Source: Eledone cirrhosa (lineage: Eukaryota). Taken from it: a stretch of 64,000 nt of DNA. Numbering within the stretch: position 1 is the first letter of the stretch; every line of letters begins with the position of its first letter. Below are positions 29,450 through 40,729 of this stretch, in pieces. The notes below the pieces were generated by a model. It was not told the DNA's origin and ran no database searches. It was given only the letters and a program-made list of their open reading frames with translations. The stretch spans positions 96,410,001 through 96,474,000 of the forward strand of contig OZ024742.1 in the NCBI GenBank assembly GCA_964016885.1, given 5' to 3'. The position numbers and the translations under genes were made by a program.

Positions 29450-29860
29450 CATCATCATCATCATCATCAACGTTTAACGTCCGTGTTCCACGCTTGCATG
29501 GGTTTGGACGGGGGTAGTCCCACTTGAGGCAAGAGTGATTGTCTTGCTCGCATAGGACTGTCTGGCAGGTTTTCTACAGTTGGATGCCCTTCCTAACACC
29601 AACCACATTTACAGTGTGGGTCTGGGAGGTTTTTACCGTGTTGCCTACACGGCCACATTACAGCGTGGACTGTGTGTTTTTTTTGTCGTGACACCTACAC
29701 GATCTCATTTGTTTCGGCCTGGATGGCGCGGCACCAACATAACTTTACATAGAACGGGGTGGTGTGGATGGGGTGGGGGTGGTGGCGGGACGGGGTGTAT
29801 TTTGTTAGAGATGCCTACTGGCAAGGCGGGTCTTCCTATATATATATATATATGTGTGTG

Positions 29861-29932
<72 letters not shown>

Positions 29933-30068
29933 GGAATGTAGAAAGGTAACACATGAGTTCATATATATAAAAACAAATAGTAGAAAGAAAAATGATTTTT
30001 TCAGTAGAATATGCTGAAAGAATCTTTTCACATTTTCTACTGAAAAAATATTTTTCCTTTCTACTATC

Positions 30069-30117
<49 letters not shown>

Positions 30118-30362
30118 AACCAGTAAGACCCCAACTCTACTACCTCAAGTATTGAGTACTTTGGTGCGTTATGGTCCACCTGGTTCCTTACCACATTTCC
30201 TTCGTTATATATATATATATATATATATGTAGATAAATCTACCAAGAGTTTACGGTAGTGTCCAATCCGTATGAAGAACTCAATGTATTCCGGATATCAT
30301 GGAAAGAAGAGATGCAATGAAAATCCACTTTCGGTGAAAGATAAACGGTATACAGAGTCAAG

Positions 30363-30407
30363 ATAAAATATTAAACAAATAATGAATAAACAATTCCTTA
30401 TATTAAA

Positions 30408-30451
<44 letters not shown>

Positions 30452-31425
30452 CATTATTTAACGATCGTTTCTAGGGTATATATGTGTTATAATTGGTATG
30501 CATATTCAACAGATCTATGTACAAAATTATACATAATTATACAAATTATCAAGATTAAATATACATACCCAACACATATATACGCCGTCTTCAGAAATAA
30601 TGAAGTATATTTATTGATAATAACAACAATTCAAAATATCAGTTCAAAATTGACCAATGAAAACACAAAGGGTTAAAAGCAGTTCGGTGTGTGTATATAC
30701 ATGTAAAATCCTTACACATATTTTACAATAATGTGTGTATAATTTGTATGCGCATACTAAAAAGATGGATGCAAACACAAAATTTCAAGGTTAATATCTC
30801 TGTAAGCTTAATGCGCTGATATGATGCGCACTGATACTTATGGAGTCAAGCATATAAATATATTTTTTCATACTCACACATATCAGTATAATCACACATA
30901 CATGCGCGTATATGCATAAATATACACATAACCACGAACATACAAACACACACACTCCCCCACTCACATTTATATATGTGGATATAAAATCATAAGCACA
31001 TAGAAATTAAGTCACTCACATAAAACACTGGCACACACATTTCAAGATCAAGATACAGAAATTAGGTGGGAGGGGGGGGAGGGGTCAGTATTCAATTGTC
31101 TGAGCAGACTGCCTAATATAAATGTATCTATAAATTAAGAAAAATAAAAAAATAAAAACAATAAAATATAATAAATATAATATAATGTACATACACATAC
31201 AGATATATATACACATACATACATGTACGCGCACATAGAGATATTTACGCATACACACATACACACATACATATACAGTCATACACACACATACACTTAC
31301 ACGAACATACACATACACATATAAAAAGATATATATATACACACACACACACGCGCAACACATACACACATACACATATATATAAAAAATAGATGATAAA
31401 GATATATATCCATATATATATATAT

Positions 31426-31470
<45 letters not shown>

Positions 31471-31559
31471 TATACATATACATACACATTCATCTAAATA
31501 TACATACACATACATACACACATACATGTACATACATGTACATACATATACGCACATCG

Positions 31560-31605
<46 letters not shown>

Positions 31606-31933
31606 TCACATAGACATAAAGATACATACACACACAACTTACATACACACGTATATATATATATATATAGATGTACCTTCATACATAGAATTAGATATAT
31701 AATCATACATACATATGCACCTACTTATACTCATATAAATAAATACATACGCTTCCATATATGTGTATATACATAAAAAACAATACAACCTCACCAAACT
31801 CAGACATACAAATGAAAATAATAATAAAAAGGCATATGTATATACATACACACACGCATTAATAGAGATATATATATATACACACACATACATACACATA
31901 TATATATACATACACACACATATATATACGCAT

Positions 31934-31982
<49 letters not shown>

Positions 31983-31986
31983 TAGA

Positions 31987-32021
<35 letters not shown>

Positions 32022-32119
32022 ATATATATCCACACATTCATACCACCATAAATACACATACAAACAACCACATGTATATATATATATATATATATACATC
32101 TATATACACACACGTATAC

Positions 32120-32154
<35 letters not shown>

Positions 32155-32316
32155 CACACACATAAAAAACAGACATGCACATATATATATATATATATAT
32201 TTCATTACTCTTATATATACACATATTATATATACATACACAACCTCACTTATACACATATACACATAAGTTATATTACAATAATAATAAAGAATAATAT
32301 ACATATATATATATAC

Positions 32317-32348
<32 letters not shown>

Positions 32349-32465
32349 ATACATACATACACATACATACATACACATAAATATATACATACATAAATAC
32401 ACACATACGAATAAAGACATATATTCACACATAGACACCTATATATATATATATATATATATATC

Positions 32466-32503
<38 letters not shown>

Positions 32504-34126
32504 CACATACACACACACACACACATACAGACACACATAGACACTCACATATATATATATATATATGTGTATGTGAGTGTGCGCACATACACATATATAC
32601 ACACACACATACAAACACACACAAACACATACATATGCATACGTGCACACACACACACATATATCACATAGATACGAAGATAAACATATAAATAGAGAGA
32701 CATACATATATATACACAACACACATACACATACATACATACACGCATATACATATACATACATATATACACATATATATATTCCTATATATACAAGCAT
32801 ACACATACATACACATATATACACATACATACACATATACATACAACACATTCACATACACATACATATATAATACATATATATACATATATATACATAC
32901 ATATGTATGTACAATCATATATACACACACAATCTTACATTCATATTTGCATGCTCATATATGTATTTTTATATTTAGATATAAATACCCAAACCTATAT
33001 AGACACCTACCTACATATATATTCATACATAGACGCTTACAAATACAGATGATAATAGTATGGGGGAAAGGGGGGGTTTGGAGAAGGGGATCAAAGTAAA
33101 TATATGTTTCAAGAAACATATAATATTTTCCGTATCTTAATTCAATGTATGTTCTTACATATTTTCAGTGCTAGGAAATACGAAATCTATGCATCTCAAA
33201 ATAAATAAGTATACCATTAATCATATGTTAACTAAACCAAAGATAGTCAACATATTGATTTCTAAGGTGTAAATTAGTTAGGTTTATAATATTTGAAGCA
33301 GAATTTTGAAGTCAAACAGTAGTAGATTATTAATTACATTATAACTAAATTAAAGTTAATAACGTTATGGTATCAATATTAGGAGATGAATTTAGTAATA
33401 GGGAAAAGAAACCCAAATAAAAATAAAATAAAGTATTACATCGGTAGTAGCATATAAATTATATGTTAACTAAATTAAAAATTATATATTTATTTCAATA
33501 GTATACGTTAATTAGTATATGTTAATTAGGTATACAATACATAAAGCAGATATTGTATTTCATCAATAGCATAATATAATTATATGCAAATAGAAATCAA
33601 AATTAATACGCATACATATACATATACATACACATACACATATACATACATATACACACATATATATATACATATATATATATATATACACATATACATA
33701 TATACACACATATACATACATACAGATACACATACACAACACACACATATACATATACATATACATATACATATCTTTTTCAAAAAATTGCACAGAATAT
33801 ATTAACTAGGTATATATCCAAAACACATCCCATTCTATGATTACATGACATTCTGCAATTCGTCTGTATAAGGATACTAATTTTAAGCAAATTAAAATTA
33901 AAGTTTTAGGTTGATTAAAACTAAAACCAAATAATAAATATATTTCCAAAATGTATATTAATTAGGTCTATAATACTAAAAATTCTTTCTCCGTCATTGG
34001 ATACATGATATTATTTTGTTATATTTTATCTGTAAAAGAATTATAATAAAAGGTTTAAATAAATTAAAATTAATCTATAAATTAAATTACTAAGTATATA
34101 TTAGTAATATTTAAAGGTTTTTCACA
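30363..34126 (+). repeat. Left arm of giant inverted repeat (element 3' UTR/pLTR)
   Basis: Runs from ataaaatattaaacaaat to aaaggtttttcaca. Mirrored ORF-track translations are identical or nearly so (e.g. 30482+ vs 39785-, 33584+ vs 36656-). Confidence 0.97.
30450..30604 (-). ncRNA. Type I hammerhead ribozyme with very long stem II (left arm, sense to the ORF)
   Basis: Reverse complement of 39857-40011; lies ~3.6 kb downstream of the ORF stop. Confidence 0.8.
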
Positions 34127-34230
34127 ATTTATGATTACATAATATTTTCTCATCTGTAATAAAATATTAATTAAATTAAATTTATAGGTTAACTAACATT
34201 TAAATTAAATTAATTTCTAGAATAATGTTA

Positions 34231-36333
34231 TTAATTAGGTTTATAATATTTAAATGTTTTTTTTAGTTTATGATTACACGAAATAATTAATTCCTGTCGT
34301 TTATTTAATAAGATATCCTTAGACTTCATTATTTCAAATAGTTCTTGGGAACATAATCTACATTCCTTTCTATTATTTTGATAAGGGGTGGCTCTTTTGA
34401 GCACACTCCAGGTCAAATCATATTTTATATTCTTATTTTTATAACTATTAATTTTTTCTGCTAGAGATGTTGTATTAGCCAGTGCGGCATTTTTAAAACT
34501 ATGTTTGTGGGTATTAAACCTTGTCTTAAAATTGTTAGAGGTAGCTCCTATATATGAGCAAATAGAATCTTTAGTTTTAACATTACATTTATAGACTATG
34601 TTGTTAACAAGACAATTCCCTTTTAATGGGCAGTTTGTTTTGTTTCTACAGTTACATCCTTTCGTTAATTCTGTATTTGAGGAGATATTATTGTTAATTT
34701 GATGTACTGGTGGTATACTTATGGTTTTCTTACATTTATATGCATTATATGCACTTATATTTTGTTTTATGTTATTTGTTGTAGAGTATGAGAATTTAAC
34801 TGTAGACCTATTTAAGATTTGATGGTATTTGTGGTTTGGCGGGAAGTTTTTCTCAAGGATATAAAAAAATTTTTTAGCAATATTATCCTTAACTTGTAAA
34901 TTAAAAGGAGCATTATACCAAGTAACTCGTCTATTACGGTTTCTATGTTGTTTATTATTTTTATTATTTTTATAGGTTGTATCATGATTTTTACTAGGAG
35001 GATTAATGTTAATGATCTCACCACAACTATTTTTAGTTATATTTGTAGATTTAGGTGTTTTATCTTTTTTATAAGGAGTTTTATTATTAATATTTATTAT
35101 AGTTGTATGATGAGTAGTTTTTTGAGGGTTACTATACTTTATATTAGAAGATTTAGTATTTTGGGGTATATTGTGGGTGGCATTTAGGTGTGTACTTTTC
35201 ATTTGGTGTTTGTTGGTAATATTATGCTGTATGCTTTCAGTATTTTTAGTAGAAGGTATATACTCTAATCTATTTTTGTGGCCACTTCTATCTAGAGCTT
35301 CATTATAAAAGGTCGCATTTTTATCAAATACATCTTGGTTAGAAGAAAGGTTAGAAATTCTAAGTGATATATTATATGCAAGGTTTTTAAGGATAGATTT
35401 AGGGTGATTAGATTGTGAGTGTATGTAATGTAAGTTTTGGTTAGGTTTATGGTAAGGTTGGTATATACCCGTAGCTAAATCTAAAGTTATATCTAGGAAA
35501 TTTACTACTTTACTTGTTTTTTCAAAAGTAATATTAAGATTATAATAGTCTTTAAGGAAAGTTCTAATATGTTTTTTGTTTTTTTCGATTTCTGAAAGGC
35601 TAAGGTTGTTAGAAAGAAGAAGACAGTCATCACGATATAAACCACCTTTGAGGTGGGGAAAAGAGGCATTTATGTTGAAGAGGAGAAAGAGGCCCACAAG
35701 ATCAGTAATTTGGGCGGAATCGCTTGAACCCATAGTAATATCAAAAAGATTACTGTATGTGTTTCTGGTCCAGTATTCATTCTGAAATTCAATAAGTGTT
35801 AGTCTAGCATGTGTAATAATGTTAATGTCATCCGAAGTTAAATTAGATCTATTTTTAGCAAATATTAATGCTTTGTTCAGGAGTATGGGTGATATAGAAG
35901 AATAGTAATTATCTATATCAAATTGTAGGAAAGAAGCAGAAGATTTACACCTAATATTTTTAAACCAATTAATTACCTGGGAGGTGTTTTCCCAGAGTGG
36001 TAAAATAACGTATTTTCTTATTTGTGGGATGACTCTATCTAAAATTTTTTTGCTAATTATTCCAATATCTGATTTGGAGGGACATATAAGTCTAATAGAA
36101 GGATTAGAGTTAAAGTTAGATTTGTGATCTTTCAGGTTGAAGTGTGGTCTTTTCAATGCCAAAGGTTCAGTTCTATCTTCAATGTTTAGTTTTTTTACTA
36201 TGTTGTGTGTTTTGTTGTTGATGTTGGTGAGTGACACATTATTAGATTTTTTATAATTTTTTCTGAGTTCTTTATATATGAACTCATTATAATGTTCAAT
36301 ATCCATATGATACAAGTTACCAGTTTTGTCCGA
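34231..36333 (-). CDS. PLE reverse transcriptase + C-terminal GIY-YIG endonuclease (Naiad-like); N-terminally truncated, otherwise open
   Basis: Motifs in order: SDKTGNLY (just upstream of the TTG used by the ORF track), LKDHK..F..NPSIRLICP, FLQFDIDNYYSSI, ITMGS..S, GGLYRDD, VNFLDITL, YHKP..YIH..SNHP, WYNAPF, CNCRNKTNCPLKGNC, IVY..YIG.T..FKTRFNTH, W..L..A.PY..C.LC..E, LLNKR.E..C.H. There is no true ATG; the frame is cut at the inverted-repeat junction. Confidence 0.95.
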   Translation of the reverse strand, partial: SDKTGNLYHMDIEHYNEFIYKELRKNYKKSNNVSLTNINNKTHNIVKKLNIEDRTEPLALKRPHFNLKDHKSNFNSNPSIRLICPSKSDIGIISKKILDRVIPQIRKYVILPLWENTSQVINWFKNIRCKSSASFLQFDIDNYYSSISPILLNKALIFAKNRSNLTSDDINIITHARLTLIEFQNEYWTRNTYSNLFDITMGSSDSAQITDLVGLFLLFNINASFPHLKGGLYRDDCLLLSNNLSLSEIEKNKKHIRTFLKDYYNLNITFEKTSKVVNFLDITLDLATGIYQPYHKPNQNLHYIHSQSNHPKSILKNLAYNISLRISNLSSNQDVFDKNATFYNEALDRSGHKNRLEYIPSTKNTESIQHNITNKHQMKSTHLNATHNIPQNTKSSNIKYSNPQKTTHHTTIININNKTPYKKDKTPKSTNITKNSCGEIININPPSKNHDTTYKNNKNNKQHRNRNRRVTWYNAPFNLQVKDNIAKKFFYILEKNFPPNHKYHQILNRSTVKFSYSTTNNIKQNISAYNAYKCKKTISIPPVHQINNNISSNTELTKGCNCRNKTNCPLKGNCLVNNIVYKCNVKTKDSICSYIGATSNNFKTRFNTHKHSFKNAALANTTSLAEKINSYKNKNIKYDLTWSVLKRATPYQNNRKECRLCSQELFEIMKSKDILLNKRQELIISCNHKLKKTFKYYKPN

Positions 36334-36334
36334 A

Positions 36335-37957
36335 TGTGAAAAACCTTTAAATATTACTAATATATACTTAGTAATTTAATTTATAGATTAATTTTAATTT
36401 ATTTAAACCTTTTATTATAATTCTTTTACAGATAAAATATAACAAAATAATATCATGTATCCAATGACGGAGAAAGAATTTTTAGTATTATAGACCTAAT
36501 TAATATACATTTTGGAAATATATTTATTATTTGGTTTTAGTTTTAATCAACCTAAAACTTTAATTTTAATTTGCTTAAAATTAGTATCCTTATACAGACG
36601 AATTGCAGAATGTCATGTAATCATAGAATGGGATGTGTTTTGGATATATACCTAGTTAATATATTCTGTGCAATTTTTTGAAAAAGATATGTATATGTAT
36701 ATGTATATGTATATGTGTGTGTTGTGTATGTGTATCTGTATGTATGTATATGTGTGTATATATGTATATGTGTATATATATATATATATGTATATATATA
36801 TGTGTGTATATGTATGTATATGTGTATGTGTATGTATATGTATATGTATGCGTATTAATTTTGATTTCTATTTGCATATAATTATATTATGCTATTGATG
36901 AAATACAATATCTGCTTTATGTATTGTATACCTAATTAACATATACTAATTAACGTATACTATTGAAATAAATATATAATTTTTAATTTAGTTAACATAT
37001 AATTTATATGCTACTACCGATGTAATACTTTATTTTATTTTTATTTGGGTTTCTTTTCCCTATTACTAAATTCATCTCCTAATATTGATACCATAACGTT
37101 ATTAACTTTAATTTAGTTATAATGTAATTAATAATCTACTACTGTTTGACTTCAAAATTCTGCTTCAAATATTATAAACCTAACTAATTTACACCTTAGA
37201 AATCAATATGTTGACTATCTTTGGTTTAGTTAACATATGATTAATGGTATACTTATTTATTTTGAGATGCATAGATTTCGTATTTCCTAGCACTGAAAAT
37301 ATGTAAGAACATACATTGAATTAAGATACGGAAAATATTATATGTTTCTTGAAACATATATTTACTTTGATCCCCTTCTCCAAACCCCCCCTTTCCCCCA
37401 TACTATTATCATCTGTATTTGTAAGCGTCTATGTATGAATATATATGTAGGTAGGTGTCTATATAGGTTTGGGTATTTATATCTAAATATAAAAATACAT
37501 ATATGAGCATGCAAATATGAATGTAAGATTGTGTGTGTATATATGATTGTACATACATATGTATGTATATATATGTATATATATGTATTATATATGTATG
37601 TGTATGTGAATGTGTTGTATGTATATGTGTATGTATGTGTATATATGTGTATGTATGTGTATGCTTGTATATATAGGAATATATATATGTGTATATATGT
37701 ATGTATATGTATATGCGTGTATGTATGTATGTGTATGTGTGTTGTGTATATATATGTATGTCTCTCTATTTATATGTTTATCTTCGTATCTATGTGATAT
37801 ATGTGTGTGTGTGTGCACGTATGCATATGTATGTGTTTGTGTGTGTTTGTATGTGTGTGTGTATATATGTGTATGTGCGCACACTCACATACACATATAT
37901 ATATATATATATGTGAGTGTGTATGTGTGTCTGTATGTGTGTGTGTGTGTGTATGTG

Positions 37958-37993
<36 letters not shown>

Positions 37994-38110
37994 GATATAT
38001 ATATATATATATATATATAGGTGTCTATGTGTGAATATATGTCTTTATTCGTATGTGTGTATTTATGTATGTATATATTTATGTGTATGTATGTATGTGT
38101 ATGTATGTAT

Positions 38111-38142
<32 letters not shown>

Positions 38143-38439
38143 GTATATATATATATGTATATTATTCTTTATTATTATTGTAATATAACTTATGTGTATA
38201 TGTGTATAAGTGAGGTTGTGTATGTATATATAATATGTGTATATATAAGAGTAATGAAATATATATATATATATATATGTGCATGTCTGTTTTTTATGTG
38301 TGTGTATATATATATATATATGTGTATATATATATATATATGTATACGTGTGTGTATATAGATGTATATATATATATATATATATACATGTGGTTGTTTG
38401 TATGTGTATTTATGGTGGTATGAATGTGTGGATATATAT

Positions 38440-38476
<37 letters not shown>

Positions 38477-38480
38477 TCTA

Positions 38481-38529
<49 letters not shown>

Positions 38530-38853
38530 ATGCGTATATATATGTGTGTGTATGTATATATATATGTGTATGTATGTGTGTGTATATATATATATCTCTA
38601 TTAATGCGTGTGTGTATGTATATACATATGCCTTTTTATTATTATTTTCATTTGTATGTCTGAGTTTGGTGAGGTTGTATTGTTTTTTATGTATATACAC
38701 ATATATGGAAGCGTATGTATTTATTTATATGAGTATAAGTAGGTGCATATGTATGTATGATTATATATCTAATTCTATGTATGAAGGTACATCTATATAT
38801 ATATATACGTGTGTATGTAAGTTGTGTGTGTATGTATCTTTATGTCTATGTGA

Positions 38854-38901
<48 letters not shown>

Positions 38902-38990
38902 CGATGTGCGTATATGTATGTACATGTATGTACATGTATGTGTGTATGTATGTGTATGTATATTTAGATGTATGTGTATGTATATGTATA

Positions 38991-39035
<45 letters not shown>

Positions 39036-40056
39036 ATATATATATATATGGATATATATCTTTATCATCTATTTTTTATATATATGTGTATGTGTGTATG
39101 TGTTGCGCGTGTGTGTGTGTGTATATATATATCTTTTTATATGTGTATGTGTATGTTCGTGTAAGTGTATGTGTGTGTATGACTGTATATGTATGTGTGT
39201 ATGTGTGTATGCGTAAATATCTCTATGTGCGCGTACATGTATGTATGTGTATATATATCTGTATGTGTATGTACATTATATTATATTTATTATATTTTAT
39301 TGTTTTTATTTTTTTATTTTTCTTAATTTATAGATACATTTATATTAGGCAGTCTGCTCAGACAATTGAATACTGACCCCTCCCCCCCCTCCCACCTAAT
39401 TTCTGTATCTTGATCTTGAAATGTGTGTGCCAGTGTTTTATGTGAGTGACTTAATTTCTATGTGCTTATGATTTTATATCCACATATATAAATGTGAGTG
39501 GGGGAGTGTGTGTGTTTGTATGTTCGTGGTTATGTGTATATTTATGCATATACGCGCATGTATGTGTGATTATACTGATATGTGTGAGTATGAAAAAATA
39601 TATTTATATGCTTGACTCCATAAGTATCAGTGCGCATCATATCAGCGCATTAAGCTTACAGAGATATTAACCTTGAAATTTTGTGTTTGCATCCATCTTT
39701 TTAGTATGCGCATACAAATTATACACACATTATTGTAAAATATGTGTAAGGATTTTACATGTATATACACACACCGAACTGCTTTTAACCCTTTGTGTTT
39801 TCATTGGTCAATTTTGAACTGATATTTTGAATTGTTGTTATTATCAATAAATATACTTCATTATTTCTGAAGACGGCGTATATATGTGTTGGGTATGTAT
39901 ATTTAATCTTGATAATTTGTATAATTATGTATAATTTTGTACATAGATCTGTTGAATATGCATACCAATTATAACACATATATACCCTAGAAACGATCGT
40001 TAAATAATGAACTTTTTTTGTTTAATATAAGGAATTGTTTATTCATTATTTGTTTA

Positions 40057-40065
<9 letters not shown>
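36335..40065 (-). repeat. Right arm of giant inverted repeat
   Basis: Runs from tgtgaaaaaccttt to atttgtttaatattttat. It differs from the left arm mainly in microsatellite lengths, an A40 vs T7 tract and a few substitutions. Confidence 0.97.
39857..40011 (+). ncRNA. Type I hammerhead ribozyme with very long stem II (right-arm copy)
   Basis: Stem I ttcattattt (39857-66), CTGAAGA, 116-nt stem II hairpin, GAAA (39990-93), palindromic cgatcg, TT, then aaataatgaa (40002-11), a perfect 10-bp stem I partner. Confidence 0.8.
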
Positions 40066-40105
<40 letters not shown>

Positions 40106-40270
40106 TAAAACATGTCTATAGAGTCACCAGATGGTTTATTATGCTAATTGGGAGAGGAAATGGTATATATTTTATCTGGTGATTCTATAGACATGTTTTA
40201 TGATATATGGCTTTGATTATTTAATTATTTTATTAACTCTTCAATGAGCCACAAATTGACCTGTTGCAAA

Positions 40271-40326
<56 letters not shown>

Positions 40327-40483
40327 AAACCTTTATATATATATATATACATGCATGCACATATATATATACATGCACATATACACATATACACATATAC
40401 AAATGTAAGCATGGGAAGTGTAAAATGTGTGTGAGTAGTTCATCTATACCCATAAATATACACATCCATGTGCAAAAAACCAT

Positions 40484-40525
<42 letters not shown>

Positions 40526-40729
40526 TTTACGTCCGCTTTTCCCTGCTTGCAAGGGTGGGACATAACTATGTATATATACACATAGTCACACATATGTACA
40601 AATACACAAACTCCCACTCAAATTTACATGCATGTTTAACCGAAAGTGTTAATAGATGAGTGTAAGTTTTTCTCTTGTTGATTTTAATTGGTAATATAAT
40701 TATGGGTATTAGTATCTTTTATTTAATGT

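Larger units (their letters stand above)
30229..40065 (-). mobile_element. Penelope-like retroelement (Naiad-type), 5'-truncated, with a ~3.7-kb inverted copy of its 3' region/pLTR at the 5' end, inserted in (TA)n
   Basis: RT+GIY-YIG ORF at 34231-36333(-). 30363-34126 is the reverse complement of 36335-40065. Sense-strand HHR at 30450-30604. Unique 134-bp tail at 30229-30362. (TA)n on both sides (about 30207-30228 and 40063-40103). Confidence 0.92.

Noticed and set aside
36313-36315. TTG as start codon of the RT ORF
   Set aside because: The frame continues upstream through SDKTGN to the inversion junction. This is a truncation, not a start.
34231-36333. Selenoprotein recoding, reported for some Naiad elements
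   Set aside because: No in-frame TGA in the preserved ORF; the CxCx5C cysteines use normal Cys codons. The missing N-terminus cannot be assessed.
38279-39376. 365-aa ORF and the many other Y/I/C/V/H/T-rich ORFs
   Set aside because: Translations of (TA)n/(TG)n microsatellites, which lack stop codons; not proteins.
30363-40065. Arms as TIRs of a DNA transposon (Polinton, foldback or MULE)
   Set aside because: The enclosed protein is a PLE RT, the ORF is broken at the arm junction, the ends are asymmetric and the arms contain HHRs.
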